DNA of 64,000 nt from Nanobdellota archaeon (GCA_015661515.1 DQVX01000016.1:7-64006); one strand, 5' to 3'; positions 1 to 9,781 are shown, counted from the first letter of the stretch. A program made the numbers and translations. Notes: generated from the sequence alone by a model not told the origin.

Positions 1-2
1 CT

Positions 3-506
3 GAGCACAAAGGAGCAAATGCTATGATAACAGGGATAATTCCAAATTATCGCTACATTATACTAACTCATGCTCTCTTAAAAAACTTCGATAAAGAAGA
101 AATAAAAGCTATAATTGCTCATGAGATTGGACATATAAAAGGAAAACACCTTTGGATAAACGCTTTTGTAACTATCTCTTGGTTCCTTTTCTGGTTTGGA
201 ATAGTTTATGGCGTTTCGAATATTGGAGTTAATATATCTTCATCTCCTCTAATCTTTTTTATAGTATTATCCTTTGCAATACTTTTCTGGAATTTAGTAA
301 TACAGTCGTGGATAATAAGGAGAAATGAATTTAAAGCAGATGAATTTGCCGCAAAAATATGTGGTAAAGAAGTTACTATTAGAGCTCTAAAGAAACTAGC
401 TGAAATAAATTTAATTCCTGAAAAAACAGGCAAATGGTTTGATGTTCTAAGTATGCATCCTTCTATTGATGAAAGAATAAAACATTTGCAAAAGTTATTG
501 ACCTAG
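3..506 (+). CDS. M48/HtpX-like Zn metallopeptidase, C-terminal part (5' end lies outside window)
   Basis: Frame is open to the window edge. HExxH motif 'AHEIGHIKGKH' is followed by hydrophobic TM segments, typical of HtpX/M48 membrane peptidases. Confidence 0.5.
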   Translation, partial: EHKGANAMITGIIPNYRYIILTHALLKNFDKEEIKAIIAHEIGHIKGKHLWINAFVTISWFLFWFGIVYGVSNIGVNISSSPLIFFIVLSFAILFWNLVIQSWIIRRNEFKADEFAAKICGKEVTIRALKKLAEINLIPEKTGKWFDVLSMHPSIDERIKHLQKLLT

Positions 507-510
507 AAAT

Positions 511-1173
511 TCATTTCTTTGCAATAATAAAGCCATGATCTTTTTCAAAAGGATCTAGCATACGCCATTCTAAAATTTTCCAGCCTGCTTGAGAAAGTTT
601 TTCAACTTCTGCTTGACATATTTTTTTTGGTTTTTGCGTTACATCTATGCTTCTTGTTTTTATAGCAAGGAAAAGTATACCATTTTGCTTTAAAAATTCA
701 TCTGCATTGCGCATTGCTATTTCTGTAGCATCTGGTTGAGCTATATCAACGTAAAGTGCGTGTACTTCTTCAATCCAAGAATATTCTTCTGGTTTTCTAG
801 CATCTGCAAAAATAGGAGCTATATTTTTTCTTTCTTTACATACTGGCAAAAGCTCTTTGAAACAGCGGTCAGAAAATTCAACAGCATAAATAAAACCATT
901 GCATAATATGTCAGAAACATAGCTTACTGTATAGCCATGAGCAGCTCCTAAATATAGCATAATCCAATCACGTTTTTCAGGGAAAGGCAAATGCTCAAAA
1001 CCTTTTGCAACAGCTGCTGCAAGCTTTGAGCGGAAAGGATTAAATTCTCTATATTCAACCCCTTTGATTTTTATTATTTTTTCATCAGAATACCGAAAAC
1101 CTTTTACAAGATTTTCTGTATAAATTTCTCTTCCTTTTACAAAAATCCCAGGAAATTTTTCTTTTAACTGCAT
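511..1173 (-). CDS. flpA: fibrillarin-like rRNA/tRNA 2'-O-methyltransferase
   Basis: 220 aa. N-terminus 'MQLKEKFPGIFVKGREIYTENLV' and the SAM-MTase core match archaeal fibrillarin over the full length. Confidence 0.9.
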   Translation of the reverse strand: MQLKEKFPGIFVKGREIYTENLVKGFRYSDEKIIKIKGVEYREFNPFRSKLAAAVAKGFEHLPFPEKRDWIMLYLGAAHGYTVSYVSDILCNGFIYAVEFSDRCFKELLPVCKERKNIAPIFADARKPEEYSWIEEVHALYVDIAQPDATEIAMRNADEFLKQNGILFLAIKTRSIDVTQKPKKICQAEVEKLSQAGWKILEWRMLDPFEKDHGFIIAKK

Positions 1174-1207
1174 TAATAAAAAAAGGAAAAATAAGTTTAA
1201 AAAATTT

Positions 1208-2128
1208 TCATTTTGATTTAAGCTTGCGCAGGAAAAGTGTTTTAGCTTGATTTAAATAATCTTTTTTAATAACATTTGGTTTATCTAAATCGCTATGATA
1301 AAAATTCCATAGCTTTTTCATTTTTGAACTAAGTAAAAACATTTTTTCTTCCCATTTTTCTATATTTTTTAAAGGTAGTGCTTCTACGAGAAACTCTTTA
1401 CTCAATATAGGTTTATCGAAGCCTATACAATCCACAACAAAAATTTTCTTGCAATTTTCAAGTATAGCTTTGTATTCTTCTTCAAATATTCTATACCCTA
1501 CGCCCCAATAAATAGGTTTATCAAATGATAACTCTTCAGAACCTGAAAAAATAAAAGCATTCTCTTTAAGAAGTTCTGGTTTTTCTTTTATTATGCTTAT
1601 AAGCAAAGCTACACCAGAAGCGTTATCTACAGCACCTTTTTTTACTGTATCATAATGCGAAAAAATAACAAATTTTGGATTTTCTAAATTTCCAACAATA
1701 AGATTTTTTGAAGTATATTTTTCTTTTTTAACTTTTACTCTCCCTTCTATTTGCTCTGCCTCAAGAATATGCTTCACATTCTTTTTTTCTATAGCTATGG
1801 AAGGCGCAAAATAAAATGTTGCTAAGCTTATAACTTTGCAATATGGATTGAAATTTATGTTAGGAAAATTGAAAAAACGTGCAGAAATATAAATAGAAGG
1901 AATTAATACCTTTTCATCTATTTTTCCTGAAATAAAAGCTGTTGCTTCACATGGTATATTGTTTCCATCAGCTATGAGTTTTGCTTTTCCTATTGGTATA
2001 GCATTTTTGAATTTTTGTTCATAAATATCTATACCAGAAAGTTCATCTTTAATTATTTTTACTGCTTTCTTTTCATTCTTTCCTTTTCTCGGAGATACAC
2101 TTTCTAATTTTTTTATTATTTCAAGCAT
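1208..2128 (-). CDS. M28-family Zn aminopeptidase-like protein
   Basis: Motifs 'SHYDTV', 'VDNASGVA' and 'GSEE' match the M28 metal-ligand signature (H-x-D, D-N-x-S-G, EE). Confidence 0.6.
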   Translation of the reverse strand: MLEIIKKLESVSPRKGKNEKKAVKIIKDELSGIDIYEQKFKNAIPIGKAKLIADGNNIPCEATAFISGKIDEKVLIPSIYISARFFNFPNINFNPYCKVISLATFYFAPSIAIEKKNVKHILEAEQIEGRVKVKKEKYTSKNLIVGNLENPKFVIFSHYDTVKKGAVDNASGVALLISIIKEKPELLKENAFIFSGSEELSFDKPIYWGVGYRIFEEEYKAILENCKKIFVVDCIGFDKPILSKEFLVEALPLKNIEKWEEKMFLLSSKMKKLWNFYHSDLDKPNVIKKDYLNQAKTLFLRKLKSK

Positions 2129-2373
2129 TTTAAAAGCACCTTGGCAACAGTTTCGGAAATGTTATATATAGGTGTGTTATTATTTATTTCTATTTCTTTT
2201 TCCACATCCTTAATTATTTTTTCTTCCATTTCTTCTATTCTTTCTCTTTCTTCAGAAATATAAAGCCATTCAGGATATTTTGCCAATTTCTTGTAATTTT
2301 CATCTTTTCCGACATCATAAAACGGAATTTTCATATCCCTTCCTTGCAATTTTTTGTATTTTTTCATCCTCAT
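2116..2373 (-). CDS. hypothetical small protein (85 aa)
   Basis: ORF only. Overlaps the upstream 137-aa ORF by 59 nt, which suggests coupling. Confidence 0.3.
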   Translation of the reverse strand: MRMKKYKKLQGRDMKIPFYDVGKDENYKKLAKYPEWLYISEERERIEEMEEKIIKDVEKEIEINNNTPIYNISETVAKVLLKCLK

Positions 2374-2728
2374 TTTCCCAAGGTGTTACCATAAGCTCAA
2401 TAACTTCTTCTTTAGTTAAGGTTTCACAAAGTTTTTGTGAATAATAGCACTTGTTTTCTTTATCCCAGTCAAACGGATATTCTTTAACTATACCATTATT
2501 TTCTTTTTGTATCCAAACTCTTTCAGTAATATTTCCTGCATTAAGATATTCGGCTAAAAACTGAGAAAACATGTATGAACAATCCTTAGGATTAAGCTCA
2601 TAAATCTTCCAATGATATTCTGGAAGTTTTTCACCAGAAGTTGTTATTATTTCTCTCAAAACTTCTTTTTCTTCAGGTTTTGCTATTTTCTTTCTTTTTA
2701 TACCTTTTAGTATTCTTTTATTAACCAA
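2315..2728 (-). CDS. hypothetical protein (137 aa)
   Basis: ORF with plausible composition; no recognisable motif. Confidence 0.4.
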   Translation of the reverse strand: MVNKRILKGIKRKKIAKPEEKEVLREIITTSGEKLPEYHWKIYELNPKDCSYMFSQFLAEYLNAGNITERVWIQKENNGIVKEYPFDWDKENKCYYSQKLCETLTKEEVIELMVTPWENEDEKIQKIARKGYENSVL

Positions 2729-3142
2729 ACTTGCTTTATATGGATTAAAAGATACATATCCATCAGCCGTAAAACTTAAAGGAGTATAATTCCTTCAATG
2801 TTCTTAGTCGGCACTTGCCTTGCAAGACCTATATAAATTTCTTCATTTTCTCTTTCTTCAAATTTTAAATGTGAAGTAATTTCATCTATATCTATGCCAT
2901 ATTCCCGAAGATAATTCTTTCTTATTCTATCTCTTGTTTCTTCTATTTTTCTTTTTTTCTCTTTTATTTCACTAATAGAAGTTGCATAAGGAAAACTCCA
3001 TGTAAGGAGGAGAGCGGTTTGGACTTAAAAGGAAAGCAGGAGCATTTGCCCCCGATCTCCTCCTAAACCTGTGAAAAATATAAACATAAGGAAAATTACA
3101 AATATCCAAATTTAAAAATTAAAAAAGAAAAAGAAATAAACT

Positions 3143-3289
3143 TCATTTTCTAAAGTTTTTATGTTTCTGAAAACACTCTCTACAATATACAGGTCTTCCT
3201 TCTTTTGGTTTAAATGGAACTGTACATTCCTTTCCACAATCGCTGCATATTGCTTTATGAAATGTTCTTTTTTGGAATCTCCTATTCAC
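3143..3289 (-). CDS. small CxxC-x17-CxxC zinc-ribbon protein (48 aa), not in ORF track
   Basis: GTG start sits 6 nt after a 'GGTGG' SD-like element. Protein 'VNRRFQKRTFHKAICSDCGKECTVPFKPKEGRPVYCRECFQKHKNFRK' has the conserved C-x2-C-G-K-E...VPF-x-P...RPVYC-x-x-C zinc-ribbon pattern of a widespread small-protein family. The antisense 67-aa ORF 3161..3364 is rejected in its favour. Confidence 0.6.
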   Translation of the reverse strand: MNRRFQKRTFHKAICSDCGKECTVPFKPKEGRPVYCRECFQKHKNFRK

Positions 3290-3422
3290 TTCTTTCCACC
3301 TTTTAAGCCTCGGAGAAAGAGATCAAAAACCAAACTCTTTCTCCAAGGACTTACTCTTAATTAAGGGAATTAATAGTATTTAAAGGTATGGGTCTCATTG
3401 AATTAAGAGTTTTGTCTAACAC

Positions 3423-4601
3423 TTACACCAAAGGTCCGAAAAAGCTGTAAAGAAGTATGGAAAGTATAAAAAACGAAATTATTTTTGTTATTTTAATAGC
3501 TTGTTCTTCGCTTAACTTTTCTTCTAGAATAGCTTTAATCATATGCCCACCATCTAAAGGATAAAGAGGAAGTATATTAACTACAGCTACAGCAAAACTT
3601 AAAAGTGATAAAATTGCAAGAAATTTAAATAAAAATTCAAAGCCATTGCATTTAGTTCCAACAACAATGCCTATAAAAGGAGCTTTCTCTATTTGTGGAT
3701 GTTCTCCCAAAGTTACAGTAAAATTGCCTTTATCCGTTTCTATTACTATACTATCTCCAGGTTTAAAAGTATAATTAGAAAAACTCCAATTAGTTAAAAT
3801 TCCTACTAAATAAATTCTTGCTGCAACATCTTCTGGATTTTGTTTTGCTAGCACAAAATTTGAGTAAAAACCAAAATCGAAAAATAGTTCTTTCCCATTA
3901 ATGCTTTTTATTATCATACCTTCTTTTATTCCGGCAAGCTCTGCAGGAGAATTTTCAACAACTTTTTTTACATATACTCCATCTACCAAGAAAAACCATA
4001 AATGAGATGCTAATAGAAATACTAAGAATGATACTACAATATTTGCAAAACTTCCTGCTGAAAAAACTCTAAGCTTTGCTATAAGTTTCTTTCTTTTTAA
4101 CTGCTTTTCATCAGGCTCTACAAATGCTCCTGGAAAAATTAAAAAAAGTAATAAACCTACAGATTTTAATCTTATTTTCTCAACCCTTGCCATTATTCCA
4201 TGAGCAAATTCGTGTGGAAACAGAATAAAGAAAATTGTTAATATCCATATCCAAAAAGGAAGAAATATATGAGCATAACCTATTTCAGCATTTTTTACAG
4301 GAGCTGGAAGTACAAGCTTTATTCCTGATTCTTTTATTTCATCTTTTGCAACTCTTACAGCATTTTCTATAAGGTAAAAAACTCCAAAAAACATGAAGTA
4401 AAAGCATATAATTATACTAATAATTCCTATTATTTTCCATGCACGCGGAGATTTTTTAGCAATTCTATCTATTATTTCAATAAATCTTTTAGTTTTATAA
4501 AGAACTACTAGACCTTCAACTTCTATTTTTTCTCTTTTTTTCCATATGGCAATTCCAACAAAAACTATAAAAGCTATAATTGAAAGTGTGTGAAAATCCA
4601 T
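3423..4601 (-). CDS. site-2 protease (M50 family, RseP/S2P-like) with PDZ domain
   Basis: HExxH sits in a TM helix ('FPHEFAHGIMA'). The second metal-ligand motif 'LPLYPLDGGHM' is present. Multiple TM segments. Confidence 0.8.
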   Translation of the reverse strand: MDFHTLSIIAFIVFVGIAIWKKREKIEVEGLVVLYKTKRFIEIIDRIAKKSPRAWKIIGIISIIICFYFMFFGVFYLIENAVRVAKDEIKESGIKLVLPAPVKNAEIGYAHIFLPFWIWILTIFFILFPHEFAHGIMARVEKIRLKSVGLLLFLIFPGAFVEPDEKQLKRKKLIAKLRVFSAGSFANIVVSFLVFLLASHLWFFLVDGVYVKKVVENSPAELAGIKEGMIIKSINGKELFFDFGFYSNFVLAKQNPEDVAARIYLVGILTNWSFSNYTFKPGDSIVIETDKGNFTVTLGEHPQIEKAPFIGIVVGTKCNGFEFLFKFLAILSLLSFAVAVVNILPLYPLDGGHMIKAILEEKLSEEQAIKITKIISFFILSILLYSFFGPLV

Positions 4602-4605
4602 ACAC

Positions 4606-5841
4606 TCACCATTTTACTTTCTCTATTTTTATTACATCAAGCTCAACCACTTTTGCTGGAACTCCTAAAATCTCTGCTACACTTGGACGAGTTCTTCCAT
4701 TATCTCCTGAAACCAGCTCTTTTACATAAAGTCCTGCAGAACATTTTATTATAAGCTCTACTGTTTTTGAATTTATATATTTCCATTTTATAGCTTTTAC
4801 TTCTCTTTTTCTAAGCTTATCAGCCCTTCTATGAAGAACTCTTTCAGGAGTTTGCTGGTTTATAACTCCAATAAGTTTTCTTAGTTTTTTAAGCTCTTCT
4901 TTTTTTACAGGTTTTTCAAATTTTACAACCACTCTATATGTTTTATCCGGAGAAGCTTCTTTAACTTTTCTTACCATTTCTCTTTCTACAAGTTTAAGTC
5001 CTTTTACTTTAACTTTTTTAGAAGCATTTATTTGTTTTGCAATTTCTTTAAGGTTTATTTTTCTTTTTTTAGGTTCAATTATTTCTATAACAAATGCTCT
5101 CCAGGCAAGGCATCGAGCATCTATATCTTCTCGACCCATTCCGTGAAATTTTGTATCTTTACCTTTAGTTGCTTTAAGCAAAGGTTTTGCTATAATTTGC
5201 TCTACAGAAGTTTTATATTTCCCTGGTGTTCCCCATTTGCATTGCGGAATTCCTCGAACTAATTTTTGATAATAACCAAAAATAAAGAGAGAAGATATTT
5301 GAATTTCTATTTTTGGTTTGCCTTTTTCCCAGTCAAAAAGTATAACAACTTCTGGCTTTTTTAATTCAGCTGTTTTTTTCATTTTCTGAGAAATTAATTT
5401 TCCTAACTCTCTGTTAAGCTCAGCCTTTAAAGGTTCGCAATAATCCATTCCTGCCAATTTCCACATTTCTTCTTCCTTTTCCAACATTTCTTTTGAAGGT
5501 CGATTTCCTACTAAGAATGTATTAAACTCTATTTTTTCAAGTTTTTTGATAGCCTTTTCAGCTATTTTTTCAAGTTTTTCAAATATATTTCCGCAAAAAT
5601 AACAATTAAGTTTTTTCTTAGAAGAGGTTTTTTTAGTTAACCTAAAATTATATTCATTGAAATTTTCTTGAGCAAAATTCTCAAGCTCTTGTGCTTCAAT
5701 AAGAAATGCTGCAAAATCTCTTATAATTCTACCTCTTTCTTTATTACTCATTCCACTAAGCATTTGAGCAAAAACTCTTCCTAAACAATTATCGCAAATA
5801 GGTTTTTGGAGTAAATTTTTTATTCTTTCAATTAACTCCAT
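4606..5841 (-). CDS. pus10: tRNA pseudouridine synthase Pus10 (psi54/psi55)
   Basis: 411 aa. N-terminal 'ICDNCLGRVFA' zinc-binding start typical of archaeal Pus10; THUMP-like middle; basic C-terminal catalytic domain. Confidence 0.6.
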   Translation of the reverse strand: MELIERIKNLLQKPICDNCLGRVFAQMLSGMSNKERGRIIRDFAAFLIEAQELENFAQENFNEYNFRLTKKTSSKKKLNCYFCGNIFEKLEKIAEKAIKKLEKIEFNTFLVGNRPSKEMLEKEEEMWKLAGMDYCEPLKAELNRELGKLISQKMKKTAELKKPEVVILFDWEKGKPKIEIQISSLFIFGYYQKLVRGIPQCKWGTPGKYKTSVEQIIAKPLLKATKGKDTKFHGMGREDIDARCLAWRAFVIEIIEPKKRKINLKEIAKQINASKKVKVKGLKLVEREMVRKVKEASPDKTYRVVVKFEKPVKKEELKKLRKLIGVINQQTPERVLHRRADKLRKREVKAIKWKYINSKTVELIIKCSAGLYVKELVSGDNGRTRPSVAEILGVPAKVVELDVIKIEKVKW

Positions 5842-5878
5842 GGTTTAAGAAATCAAAGAAGATTTATAAATAATTTTC

Positions 5879-6451
5879 TTAGTCAGATTTTTTCAAAAAC
5901 TCAAGCACTTCTTTTTCTACTTGTTCCGGGGTTTTTTCATCTGTTTCTACAATAAGATCAAAAACTTCAAGATCCTTTCCAAGTTCATAACCATAAAGAT
6001 TTTTGTAAAGTTTTATATTTTCTTCATCTCTTTTTTTCACAATTTCTAAAGCTTGCTCATAGCTTATACCATCTCTCTTAGCTATTCTTCTAGCTCTTTC
6101 TTCTTGAGAAGCGTTTAGCCATATTTTTATAGCATTTCCCTTAAAAATCCAAGGAAGAGCCCAAGAAGTTATTACACAATTTCCTTGTGAAGCATATTTC
6201 ATAAGCTTTTCATCTAATTTTTTATCATACTCAAAATTTTTTTGTCTTTTCTTTAAAAACTCCATTCCTTCTTTTGTTTCCCACCAATTTTCTGTTGGGG
6301 AATAACCTTCTTCTTTTGCTATTTCTTTAAGTACATCTCCACCGCAAATATATTTAAGCTTCAGCTTTTCCGCTAGTTTTTTTGCTAAAGTACTTTTTCC
6401 GGCTCCGGCTAATCCACTTATTATTATTGTAACCATGAAAAATAATAGCAC
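5879..6451 (-). CDS. cmk: cytidylate kinase (archaeal type)
   Basis: P-loop 'GLAGAGKST'. 'KIWLNASQEERARRIAKRDGISYEQA' matches the archaeal CMP kinase LID/C-terminal region. Confidence 0.8.
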   Translation of the reverse strand: MLLFFMVTIIISGLAGAGKSTLAKKLAEKLKLKYICGGDVLKEIAKEEGYSPTENWWETKEGMEFLKKRQKNFEYDKKLDEKLMKYASQGNCVITSWALPWIFKGNAIKIWLNASQEERARRIAKRDGISYEQALEIVKKRDEENIKLYKNLYGYELGKDLEVFDLIVETDEKTPEQVEKEVLEFLKKSD

Positions 6452-6487
6452 AAGAATTTTTTAAATGTTTAAACTCAATAAATTTTC

Positions 6488-7159
6488 ATGGATTTTATTT
6501 ATAAAAAACCGGTAATTTCGCTAAGCGGAAGTTTTTTTTCCAATACTAATTTAATAAAAGCCTATGCTAAAGTTGTCAAAAAAATAAAAAACAAACTTGA
6601 ATTTATTTGCATAGTTACTGGTGGTGGAGAAATAGCAAGAAAGTATATTTCACTTGCAAAAGAACTTGGACTATCGAGAAAAAAACAAGATGAAATGGGA
6701 ATAGCAATAACAAGAGTTAATGCCCTTCTTTTTGGCATGCTTTTTAATTTCACAGAGATTCCAAAAACTTATGAACAAGCAGTTGAAATTATTAATAAAT
6801 ATAAATTCTGTATTTGTGGAGGTATGGTACCTAAGCAATCTACAGATAAAGTTGCTGTAGATATAGCTGTAATGTGCAATGCAGATATAATGATAAATCT
6901 CACAAAAGTTGAAGGTGTATATAATAAAGATCCTAAAAAACCTGGAGCAAAACTTTTGAGATCATTGACATATAAACAATTGAGAGAAATTCTTAAAAAT
7001 ACTTCTCAAACTCCTGGTAATTATCCGCTTTTTGATCTAAAAGCAATAAAAATAGCAGAAAAAAATTCTTTACCTATAATTATAGCTAACGGTACAAAAC
7101 CTGAAAATTTAATAAAAATACTTAAAGGAGAAAAAATAGGTACATTTATTTCTTTTTAA
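6488..7159 (+). CDS. pyrH: uridylate (UMP) kinase
   Basis: Amino-acid-kinase fold. 'IVTGGGEIARKYI', 'PKQSTDKVAV', 'VEGVYNKDP', 'LFDLKAIKI' and 'ILKGEK' align with archaeal PyrH over 223 aa. Confidence 0.9.
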   Translation: MDFIYKKPVISLSGSFFSNTNLIKAYAKVVKKIKNKLEFICIVTGGGEIARKYISLAKELGLSRKKQDEMGIAITRVNALLFGMLFNFTEIPKTYEQAVEIINKYKFCICGGMVPKQSTDKVAVDIAVMCNADIMINLTKVEGVYNKDPKKPGAKLLRSLTYKQLREILKNTSQTPGNYPLFDLKAIKIAEKNSLPIIIANGTKPENLIKILKGEKIGTFISF

Positions 7160-8000
7160 CTTCAAAAATAGGATAAACTATGTTTGTTCTTCCTCTTCTT
7201 TCAAGTCTAACTAATCCACGCTCTGCAAGTGATTTAAGAACTTTCGACACCTTTCCTTTGGAATAATTAGATTCTTTAACTATGATTTTTTGATTTACTC
7301 CTTTAGGATAACGAAGTATTATTTCCATTATTTTCTTTTCATCTTCTTTTAATACAGGTAAGATTATATCCCTTACTCGTTTTTTCTTTCTCCAAAGTAT
7401 AAACCATAATGCAAAACCAATTGCCGAAAGAAGGAATAAAAATAATGCTATTGAAAAAAGAGCAAAACTTTGTTTTTTTGGTGGAAACTCATAAAATATT
7501 TTTACTCCTTGTATTTCTCCTTCTTGTAAATTTTTTCTTTCCCAAATTACGAAAATTCTTCTACCATCAGTTGCTATTGTTCCATACAAAGGAAAAAATT
7601 TTGTTTGATTTTCTGGAAGAAGAGCGCCTTCAGGAAGCTTTACAAGAAATACACTTCGTTCAACAACATCAAAAACTCTTATATTTTTTTCGAAAGTAAA
7701 TCCTTTTTTATACTTTTCAACATGTGAAATTTCCGAAAATATTGTTTTTTCTTTTTCTAAACGACATTTTATTATTTCTTTTTCAATTCTTTTACAATTT
7801 TCAGGAAGAATAAATTTACCAGGTTCTTCAATAAAAATTTTTACATTACTTACATTTTTTGAAATTATAGTATAGTTTATTATAACATCTCCTTTAGGAG
7901 AAATTTCCATATAAGCTTCTATATAATATATTTTTCCATGTACTGCACTGAAAAACAAAAATAAAAAAAATATCACAGCAAATTTATTCTCTTTTAACAA
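7146..8000 (-). CDS. membrane-anchored protein with N-terminal signal peptide, extracytoplasmic domain, one TM helix and C-terminal winged-helix DNA-binding domain
   Basis: 'MLKENKFAVIFFLFLFFSAVHG' is a signal peptide; 'FALFSIALFLFLLSAIGFALWFILW' is a TM helix; the C-terminus 'NQKIIVKESNYSKGKVSKVLKSLAERGLVRLERRGRTNIV' is a MarR/PadR-like wHTH. Confidence 0.5.
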   Translation of the reverse strand: MLKENKFAVIFFLFLFFSAVHGKIYYIEAYMEISPKGDVIINYTIISKNVSNVKIFIEEPGKFILPENCKRIEKEIIKCRLEKEKTIFSEISHVEKYKKGFTFEKNIRVFDVVERSVFLVKLPEGALLPENQTKFFPLYGTIATDGRRIFVIWERKNLQEGEIQGVKIFYEFPPKKQSFALFSIALFLFLLSAIGFALWFILWRKKKRVRDIILPVLKEDEKKIMEIILRYPKGVNQKIIVKESNYSKGKVSKVLKSLAERGLVRLERRGRTNIVYPIFEVKKK

Positions 8001-8403
8001 CTATACCACCTATTCTCTCAGCTAATCTATGCATTATTCCTCCTAAAGTATTCAATATATCTTGTGCTTCATTAAGTTCAATTTCTATTCTTTCAGGCTC
8101 TAAAATTTCGCAAGCAGAAGGGCCGTAGATAAGCACCAAATTAATTAAATCCCTAAAATTTTTAGATAAAAATTCTACTTCACATATAACAGAAAAAAGC
8201 GTTTTTCCTTCAATTTGGATTTTCTCAACATTTGAAAATTCTTTCTTATAAACTTCTGTTCTATTATCTTTCTCAAATTTTTCTACATGTTCTTCAATAG
8301 CTTTTTTAACTATATCTTCTGCTGTACCCATAACTTCAAAAGTCATCCAAACACGAAGATAACCTTTTTTAATTTTTTTCTTAATTTCTTTTTCAGAGAG
8401 CAT
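7984..8403 (-). CDS. hypothetical protein (139 aa), co-transcribed with the wHTH membrane protein
   Basis: ORF overlaps the downstream gene by 17 nt; no motif recognised. Confidence 0.4.
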   Translation of the reverse strand: MLSEKEIKKKIKKGYLRVWMTFEVMGTAEDIVKKAIEEHVEKFEKDNRTEVYKKEFSNVEKIQIEGKTLFSVICEVEFLSKNFRDLINLVLIYGPSACEILEPERIEIELNEAQDILNTLGGIMHRLAERIGGIVVKRE

Positions 8404-8439
8404 TACAACACCTCTCTAAAAATTAATTTCTTGTAAAGT

Positions 8440-9444
8440 TTATAAAAACTCTATCGGTATTTTAGCTCCACAATAAGGACAAAGAGAATTTTTAAGATTT
8501 ATTTTTGTTACATAAAAGCCTTTTCTTTCTATTAAAAGCTTGCCGCATTCATGACAATATGTGTTTTCATAACTTCCAAGAACATTACCAAGATAAACGT
8601 ATTTTAACCCTTCTTCTTTGGCTATTGTAATACATTTTTCCAAGAATTTTATAGGTGTTGGTGGCAAATTAAGTTTATATGAAGGAAAATACCTTAAAAA
8701 ATGCACAGGGGTAAATTCCCCGAGATTTTCATATGTCCATTTACAAAAATTTCTCACATCCTTTTCACATTCCCCGTATTGGGTAACTATAAGATTTGTT
8801 ATTTCTACCCATACCTTGTTTTTAGCATATTCAAGAATTGCATCAAAAATTTTTTCGCTATATGGAGCATGAGAAAGTTTTAAATAAGCTTCTTTATTTC
8901 CAGAATTTTTCAAATCTATTACCACAGCATCCATATATTTAGAAAGCTCTTTAACAGCTTCTACGCTTGTATATCCATTTGTTACCATAGTATTGTATAA
9001 TTTTTCCTTTTTTGCAAGCTTTGCAATATCTAAAATAAATTCTATCCATATACTAGGTTCTGTATAGGTATATGAAATTCCATGTGCTAATCTTTTTGCT
9101 TTACTAACAATTTCTTCTGCTGTGATTTGTTCTCCTAAATAGCTCCATTCCTGAGAAATTTCAAAATTACAACAAAAATCACATGAAAGGTTGCATCCAG
9201 CACCAGCTATTGAAAACGCTATCGAAGCAGGAGCAAAGTGATAAAAAGGTTTTTTCTCTATTGGATCTATAGCAGCTGAAATTACTCTTCCGTAGCTTAG
9301 GGAATAAAGTTTTCCTTCTATGTTTTTTCTAACTCTACAAAATCCTGTTGCGTTATTTGTTATTACACAATTTCTTGGACAAAGAAAGCATTGAACTTTA
9401 GTATTTTTCTTTTTATAAAATAGCGCTTCTTTCATTTTTCTCAT
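8440..9444 (-). CDS. radical SAM enzyme, AmrS/PflA-like (AmmeMemoRadiSam-system type)
   Basis: N-terminal Cys motif 'CFLCPRNCVI...GFCRVR' plus radical SAM 'CNLSCDFC' (Cx3CxxC); 334 aa. Confidence 0.7.
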   Translation of the reverse strand: MRKMKEALFYKKKNTKVQCFLCPRNCVITNNATGFCRVRKNIEGKLYSLSYGRVISAAIDPIEKKPFYHFAPASIAFSIAGAGCNLSCDFCCNFEISQEWSYLGEQITAEEIVSKAKRLAHGISYTYTEPSIWIEFILDIAKLAKKEKLYNTMVTNGYTSVEAVKELSKYMDAVVIDLKNSGNKEAYLKLSHAPYSEKIFDAILEYAKNKVWVEITNLIVTQYGECEKDVRNFCKWTYENLGEFTPVHFLRYFPSYKLNLPPTPIKFLEKCITIAKEEGLKYVYLGNVLGSYENTYCHECGKLLIERKGFYVTKINLKNSLCPYCGAKIPIEFL

Positions 9445-9719
9445 CTTCCCAAGCCTATATTTTTTGCTGAATTAATTAATAAAGCAAATGAAATAGAGAG
9501 AAGAAATATAGATAAAGAAAGAAAAACACTTGAAAGTATTTTGTTTCCAAAAAGATTAAAAATCGAAGCATGTATCATAAGTACAGAAGCTATTATAGAA
9601 ATTTTAAATGCTGTTTTAAAGGTTTTTAATTTAAAACTCAAAAAAGCCCATGTAGAAATGAATAACAAAATTCCGCCTGAAAAAAGTTGAAGCCACATGA
9701 AAAAAATTTCTAATAGCAT
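9441..9719 (-). CDS. small membrane protein (92 aa)
   Basis: Three predicted TM helices; 4-nt overlap with the radical SAM gene. Confidence 0.4.
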   Translation of the reverse strand: MLLEIFFMWLQLFSGGILLFISTWAFLSFKLKTFKTAFKISIIASVLMIHASIFNLFGNKILSSVFLSLSIFLLSISFALLINSAKNIGLGR

Positions 9720-9781
9720 AAATTTAAAGAATCTTTTAATACTTAAATATCTTAACTTTATCTCCTTAACTCTTGCTATAA

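Noticed and set aside
3161-3364. 67-aa plus-strand ORF in the 2730..3420 gap
   Set aside because: The opposite strand encodes a much more protein-like 48-aa zinc-ribbon peptide with SD and start. The plus-strand translation is low-complexity.
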